Shown in pieces: positions 13,973 through 27,832 of a stretch of 64,000 bases of DNA. Source of the DNA: Octopus vulgaris (taxonomy: Eukaryota); assembly GCA_951406725.2 (NCBI GenBank), contig OX597827.1, positions 80,972,001-81,036,000 on the forward strand, written 5' to 3'. The first letter of the stretch is position 1; each line of letters opens with the position of its first letter. A program made the translations under genes and the position numbers. Under the pieces are notes generated by a model. It did not search any database, was not told where the DNA came from, and worked only from the letters and a program-made list of their open reading frames with translations.

Positions 13973-14645
13973 CATGTATATATGTATGTGTATATATATA
14001 TATACACGTATATGTATATGTATATATGTATGTGTATATATATATACACGTATATATATATATATATATATATACACATGTATATATATATACACGTATA
14101 TATATATATACATGTATATATATATACATGTATATATATATGCATATATATATATATATACATGTATATATATATATGCATAGCGCTAATCCGAATGATA
14201 TGATCTGAATGATATGATATATATGTAAAAAATGTAATATATAAATAAATATCTACAAATATGAACCAACCGATCTGATTACCTCATTTTTTCTAATATA
14301 TATATATATATATGCATATATGTATATATATATGTATACATACATGTGTGTGTATATACATGTATATATATGTATATGCATGTATATATATATATACATG
14401 TATATATATATACATGTGTATATGTATATATATACATGTATATATATATGTACATGTATATGTATGTGCATGTATGTATATATATATGCATATATATATG
14501 TACATGTATATATATATACATGTATATATATATATGCGTATATGTATATATGCATATATATAAGCGTATGTATATATACGCATATATATATATACAAGTA
14601 TATATATATACATGTAAATATATATACATGTATATATATGTATGC

Positions 14646-14679
<34 letters not shown>

Positions 14680-14917
14680 GCATATATATATATATATATC
14701 AATACCGGATATCTCTATATTTTGCTCCATCTATACCGGATGTCGCTTCTCCCACCACCATTATAGGTGTCTACTCTTCGAACCCCCCTCTTCAATACGC
14801 TATTTCACCATGCATTACCCCTCTCTCGATATCCTACGTTCTACTTGCCTAGAACCTGTCATCATTTCTCTGAACCACCCCTCCCCACTGGTGCTCCCCT
14901 ATATTTCTGCCCCCCCC

Positions 14918-15167
14918 CACATAAAAAGCACCATCCGAACGTGGCCGATGCCAGACCCCTCTGGCACCTGTGCAGGTGGCACGTAAAAAACACCCACTAC
15001 ACTCGTGGAGTGGTTGGCGTTAGGAAGGGCATCCAGCTGTAGAAACACTGCCAGACTAGACTGGAGCCTGGGGCAGTCCCGAGCTCCCCAGACCCCCGGT
15101 CGAAACCGTCCAACCCGTGCTAGCGCGGAAAACGGACGTTAAACGATGATGATGATGATGATGATGA
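14918..15167 (+). mobile_element. RTE 3' UTR copy
   Basis: Module at 14970-14994, conserved ttggcgttaggaagggcatccagctgtagaaac, (GAT)n tail. Confidence 0.85.
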
Positions 15168-15357
15168 TATATATATATATATATATATATGTTGTTCGAA
15201 AAAGTAGTTCATATTCCATGTACTCGTACTTCATATTTTTTGTTGTACACCTTTCATGATGTTCTTTGCCCACATATGCATATATATAATAATAATAATA
15301 ATATGAGGGAATATTATTCCATACTCACAGGGAGGGGGGGCAAACACAAACGCATAG

Positions 15358-15414
<57 letters not shown>

Positions 15415-15987
15415 TAAAAGAAATAAAACATATGCATATATATAAACATATATGTACGTACCTACCTCTACATGTACATATACACGCATATATGAGTACA
15501 GGACACCAAAGGGACATCGAACACATAGAGAAACGAAAACATAGACACAAACCAAAGGAACAGGACATTTTTTTAAAAAACAACAAAAAATGGAGTACAG
15601 GACAGTTAACACAACGAAAAAACCCCTTCTTCAGTCGCTAAGGTTTCATCTACTCTACGTTTCGAAGGATAAAAGCGAGACATATCTTCGACAAGAAACT
15701 TTCCTTCCTGCGAAAAGCAAATCAATTAAAATTCTGAGATCTTTTCGCTGAGGGGTAAAAAATGGTAAAAAAATGAGACAGTAACGACAGTACAAAAATA
15801 TAAACAGTAAAAAAATATATATATAAACAGTAAAAAAATATATATAACAGTAAAAGACAGGACAGGGAGAACAAGATAAGAAGGGCTGTTGACGCCGAAC
15901 GAAAAAAGTATTGCAAACGCTGAAATGCATATACATATTATTTATATTATTATATGATTGAATGCCATGCATCCTCTTCCAAGTAAG

Positions 15988-16043
<56 letters not shown>

Positions 16044-16410
16044 GAGTAAATAATTTCTATAATGGTTTTTAAAAAAAAACAACAATTATTTACTGGTAGA
16101 ATTCGGTATGTAAATATAACCGATTAACGGTAGGAACTTCTGTAAAGTTCAGTATATATATTGTATATAAATAAATGGGGCAGGCAACAGGTTGCTTGGC
16201 CGCATACCGAGAAAATTAGAAATAGCAGTCAAGACTGTTTATTTCTATTTTCTACAAGTGGGACTCCACATACGACATATCCCTGTAATTCACATATGCA
16301 AAACAGAAGGAATAAATAACGAAAACAAAGTCTGGCGGTTATTTGCGGACATCATGTTTCTGGATTATAAATATATTGAATATATATTTCATATATATTT
16401 TTAACATATA

Positions 16411-17686
16411 CGAGGGGCGTTCAATAAGTAATGCCCCTGACCCACTTCCCATAGCAGTAGAGCAATGAAACTTGGCACAGCTATTAGTCTTTTTCAGCAT
16501 AGAAACAATCCAGAGTTACGCATTTCTCCCATCGTTTGATGCAGCTCTGGAGACCGTTTTCATAGAAGACCCCAGCTTGGTCCTCCAACCACGACGTGAC
16601 TTCAGAAATCAAGGCTGCATCATCTGGGAAACGCTTTCCTTTCAAAAACAACTTCATGGCTGGGAAGAGGTGAAAATCAGAGGGTGCAAGGTCAGGAGAG
16701 TAGGGGGATGGGGGAAGTGTTCATAGCCGCACGCCTGTGCTTCTGATCTGGCGACACGCGAGTTGTGAACCGGAGCGTTGTCCTGCAGGAGGAGGATGCC
16801 TTTGCTGATCTTGCCCCGCCTCTTGGTTTTGATAGCTTCTCTTAATTTCCTCAAAAGTGAAGCATGATAGGCTCCTGTAATTGTGGTACCCTTTGCCAGA
16901 AAATCTGTCATCACTACTCCGTCCTGGTCCCAGAAGACTGTGAGCATGACCATGCCAGCGGAGGGCTGCACCCTTGCCTTCTTTGGAGGAGGTGAGTCAT
17001 GGTGCTTCCACTGCATTGACTGGGCTTTGGTCTCTGGATCATGGTGAAGGACCCAGGTCTCATCCTGTGTAATCAGTCTTTTGAAAAATTTTGACTCATC
17101 TTCTTGGCACATCCCTAAATTCATCCTCGAGCACTCGACGCGTTCTTGCTTCAGGAAAAGTGTGAGCAACCTGGGAATCCCTCTGGCAGACACCTTTTGC
17201 ATATGCAAATGGTCATGAATGATAGTTTCCACAGACCCGGTACTAATCTTGACCTCATGGGCTATTTGGCGAATAGTTATGCGTCCATCTTCCAAAATGG
17301 CAGCCTCAACTTGACGGACAGATGCCTCATCAATGGCAGAAGGGGTGCAACCAGATCTGGGAGCTGTTTCCACAGAGTTCCGACCATGTTTGAATTCACG
17401 ATGCCAGCGTTTTACAAGGTCATATGATGGGGCATCATCACCATAAGTTATTTTCATTTCATCAAAAGTCTCCTGTGGTGTGCGTCATTTCAAATACAAA
17501 AACCGGATCACTTCTCGACACTCAACAGGCTCCATTTCCCACTTGACTCATTTCAAACACATGTAAATCAGAAATCACTATTAGTTCGGAGCTGTAATTT
17601 GCCACTTAATCTATAGAGATATAAATAATTACACATGCAAAATCTCAGCTAGATCAATCAACGGCAAGTGGGTCAGAGGCCCCTCG
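16411..17686 (-). mobile_element. Near full-length mariner (DD34D) transposon with TA target duplication
   Basis: TA|cgaggggc...tgacccactt at the left end and aagtgggtcagaggcccctcg|TA at the right end (partly deleted TIR). Confidence 0.92.
16484..17535 (-). pseudogene. Mariner transposase with one nonsense mutation and one frameshift
   Basis: MEPVECREVIRFLYLK*RTPQETFDEMK..., IPRLLT, TQDETW and LLQDNAPVH. A 1-nt deletion near 16705 breaks HPPYSPDLAPSDF. The frame then resumes to ...RWEKCV...EKD* (stop at 16484). Confidence 0.9.
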
Positions 17687-18087
17687 TATTTCATATATAT
17701 CACATATATATTTCACATCCGTCTTCAGCACAACTTTCCATTGTAATAGATTTATCAAATGTTACGTACCTCAAACCTTCTGATCATGCGACATCAAAAG
17801 AGTTGAAGAAAGCGAGCATAGGCTAAACCTAAATAGACAGTTGAATTCATAAATCTTCCCTCCAAAATTTTGCCATGCGCATTACAAAAATAGTTCCTTA
17901 GAGGTAGAAACTATGGGTTGTCGTAAGGGACTGAAAATTCCAATTAGTAATATAATAATAAGAGTAAATAATTCCTATAATGGTTTTTATATATATATAT
18001 AACACAGAAATACATACATAAATTACTCAACTTTCATACTTGTAAAATGGGATAAACATCCCTCTGTTGTTCATCCATTAATGTGAT

Positions 18088-18220
18088 ATCACCTGAAGAA
18101 ATGAATCTATGAAGATGATCAACCAATACTTTCAGATGTTACAGACTGCTCTGGAATTATCCCAGCAATATGGACTATCATCATAAGAGACATGTGCTTT
18201 GTGGAAACGTGCATAGTGAT
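18088..18220 (+). ncRNA. Hammerhead motif with about 100-nt stem II insertion (decayed)
   Basis: AUCAC-CUGAAGA...GAAAC-GUGC-AUA-GUGAU. Stem I AUCAC/GUGAU is extendable by UAAUG/CAUUA. Confidence 0.5.
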
Positions 18221-19019
18221 GCATTAAATGTTTAGAATTTCCATCCAAGGATTAGTGTTATTATTATATTTATCCTACGTTATGTTGGTACTCGATACAA
18301 CCCCCAAAAATTGGTTCACCAGCCGGCATCATTAGACAGTCGTTAGTATAATGGAACAGGAGCTTTATCTGCATACTCAAAACATTTCCCATAAACAAAT
18401 TTAAAAGATATATACATATATAGTTAATCCAAACAAGAAAACACAAAAAAACACAACAACGCGAGGACGTGGAACAAATATAGTATTATTGGATGCTCAG
18501 GAAAGAAGGGAAGAAGGAGAGTATAACGTTTCGTGCGGAGCTCTTCGTCGGAAACATAGGAGAAGGAAAGATCCAGAGAAGGGAAGACAGAGGAAAAAAA
18601 ATCGCCAACGGTACACACGAGGTCACATTTTGAAAAGAGTTACGAATGGAGTTTGTAAGATCTAGTTTACATATGTTTCATAGTGAATGGAACCTTAGAA
18701 GTGGTAAAAATCCAAGCAAAGTGTTTACCGCCAGCTACTCCTCAGGCTTAGAATATCTTGATTAGATTAAAGGTTATGCTGTTGCAAGGATTTACAAGTT
18801 GACGCATGGGAGATTCATCGCACACCCAGAAACTCTAGTCACCTACTGCGGAATATATATAAAAAAATTTTTTTCAGCTTATTTTTCTTTGATACCAAAA
18901 TAATCCCCACCCTTCCATCTCAATAAACCACTCTTGTCCCAAGAAGTTGTTTTTTCATATTCCCTACGGATTGCTTGAAGATAACTTTCTCCCTGCACCT
19001 TGATCCTTGGATCTTACAT

Positions 19020-19365
19020 TTATTCTTTTATTCATTATTTGTTTCAGTCATTTGACTGCAGCCATGCTGGAGCGCTGCCTTTAGTTGAGCAAATCGACCC
19101 CAGGACTTATTCTTTGTAAGCCTAGTACTTATTCTATCAGTCTCTTTTGCTGAACTGCTAAGTAATGAGGATGTAAACACACACACACACATATATATAT
19201 ATATACAATGGCTTCTTTCAGTTTCCGTCTACCAAATCCACTCACAAGGCTTTGGTCAACCCGAGGCTATAGTAGAAGACACTTGCCCAAGGTGCCAAGC
19301 AGTGAGACTGAACCTGGAACCATGTGGTTGGTAAGCAAGCTACTTACTACTCAGCCACTCCTTTT
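19020..19365 (-). mobile_element. SINE family A (internally deleted)
   Basis: Reverse complement of family A head and tail. Confidence 0.85.
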
Positions 19366-19374
19366 CTATACATA

Positions 19375-19815
19375 TATCCGGCTTCCGTGCCAGTGGCACA
19401 TAAAAGGCACCATTCGAATGTGATCGTTACCAGCATCGCCTTACTGGCGCTTGTGCCCGTGCTAGTAGGGTGCCAAGAGCACCATCCGAGCGTGATCGCT
19501 GCCAGAGCAGCCAACTGGCTTCCGTGCCAGTGGCATATAAAAGGGCACCATTTGATCATGATCATTACCAACGTCACCTTACTGGCACCTGTGCCGGTGG
19601 TATGTGTAAAACGATTCGAGCAAGGTCATTGCCAGTACTGCCTGAGTGGCCCCTGTGCCAGTGTCACATAAAAAGCACCCTCTACACTCTCGGAGTGGTT
19701 GGCGTTAGTAAGGGCATCCAGCTGTAGAAACTCTGCCAGATCAAGATTGGAGCCTGGTTCGCAAGCCCTCAGTCAAAATCGTCTAACCCATGCTAGCATG
19801 GAAAGTGGACGTTAA

Positions 19816-19859
<44 letters not shown>

Positions 19860-19860
19860 A
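19375..19860 (+). mobile_element. RTE 3' UTR copy with about 5 tandem modules and long (GAT)n tail
   Basis: Repeated gtgccRgtggcaY...aaa.gcacc units about 65-75 bp apart, then the conserved tail. Confidence 0.85.
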
Positions 19861-19879
19861 TCTGTATGTCAAAAGATAA

Positions 19880-20100
19880 AAGGTCCTTTCTGAGCCTCAT
19901 TCTCATGAGGCTGGTTTCCTGGGGTCTGTGGGATGACAGCCTGTCGTGGGACTATTCATTTTTGCCAGTTGGGGAGGCTGAAACAGCATAAAATGAAGTG
20001 TTTCGTTTAAGAACACAACATGTCACCTGATCCTGGAATTGAAACCACAATCTTGCGATCATAAATGTAGCACCCCCACCGCTAAACACATGCCTCCACA
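19880..20100 (-). mobile_element. Decayed tRNA-headed SINE (family D)
   Basis: Minus-strand head gtggaggcatgtg...ggtttcaattccagg (box B-like), followed by ttgtgttcttaaacgaaacactt. Confidence 0.5.
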
Positions 20101-20276
20101 CACACACACACACACACACACACTCATATATATTATGTTACGTGTGTATTTATGCGTTGTGTGCAACTGAAGCAGTGTTGGATTAAAATAGTCACCTGTG
20201 TGGTGCTCTTTTGAGATTTATATGTATACGTAATGTGTGAGTACACACACACACACACACATATATTTATATATAT

Positions 20277-20686
20277 AGGTGCAGGAGTGGCTGTGTGGTA
20301 AGTAGCTTGTTTACCAACCACATGGTTCTGGGTTCAGTCCCATTGCATGGCACCTTGGGCAAGTGTCTTCTACTATAGCCTCGGGCCGACCAAAGCCTTG
20401 TGAGTGGATTTGGTAGACGGAAACTGAAAGAAGCCTGTCGTATATATGTATATATATATGTATGTGTGCGTGCGTGTTTGTGTGTCTGTGTTTGTCCACC
20501 TAGCATTGCTTGACAACCGATGCTGGTGTGTTTACGTCCCCGTCACTTAGCGGTTCGGCAAAAGAGACCGATAGAATAAGTACTGGGCTTACAAAGAATA
20601 AGTCCTGGGGTCGATTTGCTCGACTAAAGGCGGTGCTCCAGCATGGCCGCAGTCAAATGACTGAAACAAGTAAATGAGTAAATGAG
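20277..20686 (+). mobile_element. Full-length tRNA-derived SINE (family A, CORE-like motif)
   Basis: Box A tggctgtgtggtaag, box B ggttcagtccc, CORE-like accttgggcaagt, internal microsatellite, and 3' end gcatggccgcagtcaaatgactgaaacaagtaa with short tandem tail. Confidence 0.88.
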
Positions 20687-20823
20687 ATACATATATATAT
20701 ATATATTACGTATATATATATATGTGTATGTGTGTGTGGATGTACATATGCATACATATTTATATTATTGTAAATACACATATATGTATATACTGTATAT
20801 ATATGAATACACATCCACTCTCA

Positions 20824-20865
<42 letters not shown>

Positions 20866-21261
20866 CATGTACATGCACACACTCATATTCGCACACACAC
20901 TGTGTTTGTGTGTGTGTGTGTGCTTGTATGTCTTATATTTCTGAAGAGTTGGTCTGAGCAGGTAAATTATGTCTTCACTCTCTCATATTACAGTCCAATA
21001 CGCAGATAAAAGCATAATAAACGGCAACAGCAACAACATCAATATCGAAAAGAACAATAGCAATTACAACATCAACAACAACAACAAGAACAACAATAAT
21101 AACAACTGGTAAAACCAAAAGTGAGCAAAATAAGAACTGCAACACAAACGCGTGCAAGTGTGTGTGTGTGTGTTTCTGTGTGTGTGTATGTGTGGTTGTG
21201 TGTGAGTGTGTGTGTGTGTGCATTTCTCTGTGTGCGCATGTGTGTGGTTGTGTGTGTTTGT

Positions 21262-21315
<54 letters not shown>

Positions 21316-21567
21316 GAGTACGTAGGTTCACTGTGTCTGTAGAATTAACACGTCATGTTAACGAGATAATCGTTAAGAGCTAATTGTTTCATATTTCTGA
21401 AGGGGAAAAAAGAAACTAAACACAAATTCTTCACACGTATACACGTATGAACCCATGCACATACTGACAAATAAACATGTTTACACACATCACATACATA
21501 TGTACATATGTATATGTGTGTGTGTATGTACATATTTATGTATGTATATATATGTATATACACACAC

Positions 21568-21598
<31 letters not shown>

Positions 21599-21939
21599 TA
21601 TATATACATACACACACATCTATATATATATATAAATATATATTAATATATGTAAACAGGCTAACACATGTACACATGCACAGAAACATATACACATGTA
21701 TAAACACACACACATACAGACATATGTGCATTAATGCAAACCTGAACATACACATGCATGCACACGTATAGAGTGTAAGGCAGATCTTTACACACACATA
21801 TACATACATGCACATAGAGCCACCCATTATCACACACACACAGATGTATACACACACATACACACTTATGCGAACATACATATGCACACATAACCACTTC
21901 TGCTCACACACACACATACAAACACATCAAGACATATGC

Positions 21940-22924
21940 ATATATACACACATATATACACACATATATACACACATATGTACACACATATGTACACACA
22001 TATATACACACATATATACACACATATGTACACACATATGTACACACATATATACACACATATATACACACATATATACACACATATGTACACACATATA
22101 TACACACATATGTACACACATATATACACACATATATACACACATATATACACACATATGTACACACATATATACACACATATGTACACACATATATACA
22201 CACATATATACACACATATATACACACATATATACACACATATATACACACATATATACACACATATGTACACACATATATACACACATATATACACACA
22301 TATATACACACATATATACACACATATGTACACACATATATACACACATATATACACAACATATGTACACACATATATACACACATATGTACACACATAT
22401 ATACACACATATATACACACATATATACACACATATATACACACATATATACACACATATGTACACACATATATACACACATATGTACACACATATGTAC
22501 ACACATATGTACACACATATATACACACATATATACACACATATATACACACATATATACACACATATATACACACATATGTACACACATATGTACACAC
22601 ATATATACACACATATATACACACATATATACACACATATATACACACATATGTACACACATATATACACACATATATACACACATATATACACACATAT
22701 ATACACACATATATACACACATATGTACACACATATGTACACACATATATACACACATATATACACACATATATACACACATATATACACACATATATAC
22801 ACACATATATACACACATATGTACACACATATATACACACATATATACACACATATATACACACATATATACACACATATATACATACACATATACACAC
22901 ATATATACATACACATATACACAC
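21940..22924. repeat. 12-bp tandem array (ATATRTACACAC)n, about 80 copies
   Basis: Direct inspection. It is the source of the YTHI/YVCI/VYMC ORFs. Confidence 0.97.
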
Positions 22925-23402
22925 TCTCAGTCAAAAACACATTATTGTTAACCTTTTTAACACTTGTATTTTTCAGTTTATTTTATGTTATTGTTTTTTT
23001 TGTTTTTATTTTTCATTATTACTTTTTGTTATTTTTATTATTATTATTGCTGTTGTTGTTGTTGTTGCTGTTACAACAAGGGTGTTTTTTGGTTTTCCTT
23101 GTTTTCCACCTCAGCTCTTAGAAGTGGGACAGCGGCTGTTGTTTTCGCTTTTGTTGTTGTGTTTCCACTTCCTCCCAGTGGAAACTAGCTGTGGAAATAC
23201 TTGACAGTCAACAAAATTGGGTGGAAAAAGAAACATACACAAGGTGGGGGAGGGCCATAGAATTGGATTGGGAGGTATTCATGTTGTTGTATTGGTGGTG
23301 GTGAGGGTGGAGTGTGATGGCAGAAGTGATGGTAGTGGTGGATGTAGCACAGGGAACTGCTCATGGTGGCAACAGTGGCAGTAGCAGCAGTAGTAGCAGT
23401 AC

Positions 23403-23434
<32 letters not shown>

Positions 23435-23702
23435 GTATAGTAGTAGTAGTAGTATAGTAGTAGTAGTAGTAGTATAGTAGTAGTGATTAACTTTTATTTG
23501 TATATTTTCAGTGCAGTCAAAGGATAGAAAAAGGATTATCTATAGTGTGTGTGTGTGTGTGTGCATATTTCTATGTGTATGTATATATGTGTATATATAC
23601 ACACACATGCACAGTATATATGTTGATTCGCCATGTTGATTCGTTAGCTACTGCACGCATTTTTTTTCTCTCCTTCTTTCTGTGTTTTTTTCTCTCTGTG
23701 TA

Positions 23703-23740
23703 TCTTTCTGTTGAAGAGCGTAGGCTCGAAACGTTAAAGA
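23703..23740 (+). ncRNA. Minimal hammerhead-like motif (core variant CUGUUGA)
   Basis: UCUUU-CUGUUGA-A-GAGC-GUAG-GCUC-GAAACGUU-AAAGA. The host repeat (23620-23840) is related to the 4797 family. Confidence 0.5.
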
Positions 23741-23846
23741 CATGTTTTATTTATATTTCCTGAGCGCCATACTAATACAATTGTTCGTTTGTTTTCCACC
23801 TGCCTTCGTCTTTTGTTTATTTTCATAAAGCTTCCCGTTATATATA

Positions 23847-23882
<36 letters not shown>

Positions 23883-24638
23883 TATATATGTATGTGTATA
23901 TATATATATACATACATATATACATATACATACATATATATGTATACATATACATACATATATATATATATATATATTCTTTATAAATTAAACATCATAA
24001 TTATTTATTTTTTAATGAAAAATAATTTTGATTAAAGTTAAACCGAATATTACGTATACCAGTAGTATACATGCATACTTACATATACATACATAGGTAA
24101 ATATATGTATGTATATATATATGTGTGTGTATAAAATATAAGGATAAGATCCATATAAGAATTTATGAAGCAGTCACTGTGAAAAAAACCAGTTCAGGAA
24201 AAAATTAATACAAAATCTATAATTTTCCCCTTTAAATATAAATACATTCATTATATTAAGGGCAATTACTACACGTAGATCCCTACATAGACATACATAG
24301 AGTGTGTGAGGTATTTGTGTGTAATAATAGCCCTTAATATAATGAATGTATATGTGTATGTATTTATAGATAATTGATTTGTAATTATCTATAATTATCT
24401 TTTAACAAAAGAAAATTATAACTTGAATAACTTTTCTTAAAAACAGATTTTCTTGTCTAATAAGTTTTTTAAATATAATATTGGCACAGATGTGGCTGTG
24501 TGGTAAGAAGCTTGCTTTCCACATGATTCTGGGTTCAGTCCCACTATGTGGCACCTTCAGCAAGTGTCTTCTACTATAGCCTCAGTCTGATCAAAGCTTT
24601 GTGAGTGGATATGGTAGATGGAAACTGAAAGAAGCCTG

Positions 24639-24687
<49 letters not shown>

Positions 24688-26239
24688 TGTAAATATAATA
24701 TGTGACAATTATTTGGTAGCCATAATAAAACTCCGAGTTCTAGATGTTGGGGCGGAAACCCAATAACTGAAGTTATTGGCCATTGAAAAAAATGCTATGA
24801 AAATGATCGTTAAAACAAAGGAAAATTACTGTGTGATCGACCGTGATTAAGACAAAAGAGCTATTAGAATGACCACTAAGTGAGGGGAGGGAGTAAAGGT
24901 AAGGGAGTAAAAATGTTCATAGTAATCGCGTAAGCATGCATGTCTATACATACACATGTGCACCTGCACACCCATGTACATGCACCTATAAGTATATACT
25001 CATCCACCCTCACTTGAAACACACACATTCACCAAAAAATATATACATACCCACATACACGTTTGCGCAAAAAAGGTTCATACACACACCTATATATGCA
25101 CATGCACAAGAAAAACAGGGCTAAAGGCAAAATACAGAAAAATGTATAAAAAATAAACAATAAGAGTAAAACACGTCTATATACACACATACTCGTATGC
25201 ACACACGTACACACATGTCTATACACACACTCACATATATAATGTACACACACACATCCGCATATATATATATATGATGGGCTTCATTTCTGTTTCCCAA
25301 ATCCACTCACAAGGCTTTGGTTGACCCAAGGCTGTAGTAGAAAACACTTGAGGTATTGGGACTGAACCTGGAACCAGGTAGTTGGGAGGTTTCAGTTGTA
25401 GGACTACAGCCATGATGGAGCACCACCTGCATTTATTTTCTTTATGGCTGGATGTTGGTCTGTGATTGAATCGGTAGCAACTCATCTCCTCCGAGTGCAT
25501 CCTTCAGTAAAATATCTTCCGAGGGGTTGGGGGTCTCCTTTTTATTTATTTTTGTCTTTTGTTCTTATTTTGTGAAGAAACTTAACTTCAAGCAACTTTT
25601 TACTGATTAATTCTTAAACACCATTTTCTAAGCCTGAGAAAGCTTAGTACAGGGTGCAATATTGAATTTTGCACCCCTACAAAATTTTAGGGGGTGCAAT
25701 TGCACCCACTACACCCCTTGTTTTTGGGACCTTGTGTGTGTATATATATATATATATTTTTTTTGCAAATTACTTATTTGTGAATTAGTTTTTTCTCATG
25801 AATTATTTACTCTGTATTGAAGTTACACACACACACACACACGCACACACACGCATGCATGCACGCACATTAATATGAATGTGAGTTACCATGACAACAT
25901 CAAAATTAACCAGAACACACATACTGCCCACAGGTAATTAACACATCAAGAAAAAACGCAACTAATTAAGCAAAGTGTGATCCAATTACAGTCACATGTG
26001 CTGTGCCTCCCCACTGAGAGAGGTGTATGAGGTTATCATGGATGATGTGGATGTCTTATTAGTTCTTGGCAAATGGTGGTGGTGGTGGGGGGGGTTAGTG
26101 AGAAAGAGGGGTGGGTGCAGATGGTAATGTGTTGTATGATGTATTCGTACTGGTTTACAGCCACCAGGACTGTTCTTACTTTTACTGATGGTTAAGAAAA
26201 ACAGTTTGTTACTTTGATGTTTGTTGTCAACGTCAACCA

Positions 26240-26485
26240 TAACTCACAATACCTCACAACACATTGGAATAGCTCACAACATTTCACAACACCTCACAAC
26301 ATGTCACAAAATCTGACAATGTCTTACAATTCACAACACTAGTCACCATTTCGTAACATCTCACAATACTTTACACCACTTCACAACACCTCACAATATT
26401 TCACAACACCTTACAACATCTCACAACACTTCACAATACTTCACAGCACCTCACAATATCTCATTACATTTCACAACACCTCACT
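26240..26485. repeat. Degenerate about 11-bp (TCACAACAYYT)n array
   Basis: Recurrent cacaacacct/cacaacatct/cacaatactt units. Confidence 0.8.
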
Positions 26486-27799
26486 TCTCAGTTTTATTTT
26501 CTCTACAGCTTTTGCTGTTGTTTTTATTTAACCATAGGCCTGTCTGGACAGGTCTATGATCAAAAGCATTCCAGTTGTGACCTTCATCTCTCTTGTTCAT
26601 GCACAATCTATCTTGGACTGCATTGTCCAATGTGTCCCTTCTTTAACAGAGTGTGATTAGACTGGGGCTGCTATTTCTAGTGGGGTTACAGTGAATTTTG
26701 AGTTGTCCTCTAGTGTTGTTGTTGTTGTTGCTAACAACACTACACTCATCCCTACTAAAACAACAATGACACTGCTGCCCCCCCCCCCCCCCCCTAGCCC
26801 CACTATAACAATAACACCACCACCACCACACATCAGTACCACCACAATAACAATGAAAAAAAAAATCACTTCCACCAGCCCCACCACCACCACCGGCACC
26901 ACCACCACCACCACCGGCACCACCGGCACCACCGGCACCACCACCACCACCACCACCACCACCACCACCACCACCGGCACCAAGCTCCCACTTTGAACTC
27001 CTCTTCCATTGTTGTTTAATAGATGAGAAGAGAGTTCCATAGTTTTCCTGCAGCTGACTTTGATGTGCCTACCACCACCACCACCACCACCACCACCACC
27101 ACCACACTAACAAGCACTCTTTCCTCTCCCCTACTACACTCCTCCTCCCTCTTCTTTCCTAACAAGCCATCTTCTCCCCACCCCTCTCCTCCCTAACAAA
27201 CAAATGTCTTAAACACCAAATTAATACCTTTGACACACACTTGCTCTTCCTTGGCCTTCTTCATAATCAGCTTACCTAACGCTCTCCCCACTCTCTCTCT
27301 CCTTCTCTCCTTTTCTCCTTCTCTTCTTTTCTCTCTTGTCTGTTTCTATTCCTCTGTCTTGGAAGTGAAGTGTTTTCTGTGTTGTGTGTGTGTGTGTGTG
27401 TGGAATTATGAATATATATGTGTCTATGCATCTGTGAGTGGAAGTGTGTTTGCGTATCTCTGTGGGTGTGTGAATGCATGTAGTTGCATGTGTACGTCTA
27501 TATGTGTGTGTATATGTATGTGCATGTAGCTGCATGTGAATGTGTGACCACATGTCTTTATGCATTTGTGTGTATGCGTGTGTGTACACACACACATACT
27601 CATTCATACATGTACACACACACGCGCGTGTGTGTGGTGGGGTTCTGTGAGCATTCGAGTTTTTAATGTTTATTTTTAGATAATCTAATAATGAATTGTG
27701 TATGTTTGTGTTTATACACACACACACACATGCATACACACAAATATGAGCACACAAACATGCACACACATAAATATATATATCTAAATATATATACAT

Positions 27800-27832
<33 letters not shown>

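Larger units (their letters stand above)
16031..17988 (-). mobile_element. Short Penelope-like (pLTR-type) element with terminal direct repeats, interrupted by the mariner
   Basis: aataataagagtaaataattYctataatggttttt at about 16035-16070 and 17953-17988. It contains a hammerhead split by the mariner. Confidence 0.6.

Noticed and set aside
19375-19680. Repeat-spacer pattern resembling CRISPR
   Set aside because: The spacers are homologous to one another and the block is part of the RTE 3' UTR found in many copies.
20277-20350. tRNA gene
   Set aside because: The A/B boxes belong to a SINE head that continues into the SINE body, and no complete cloverleaf is evident.
26657-27040. Mucin-like Thr/Pro-rich ORF
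   Set aside because: (CAC)n low-complexity sequence adjoining a repeat-family fragment.
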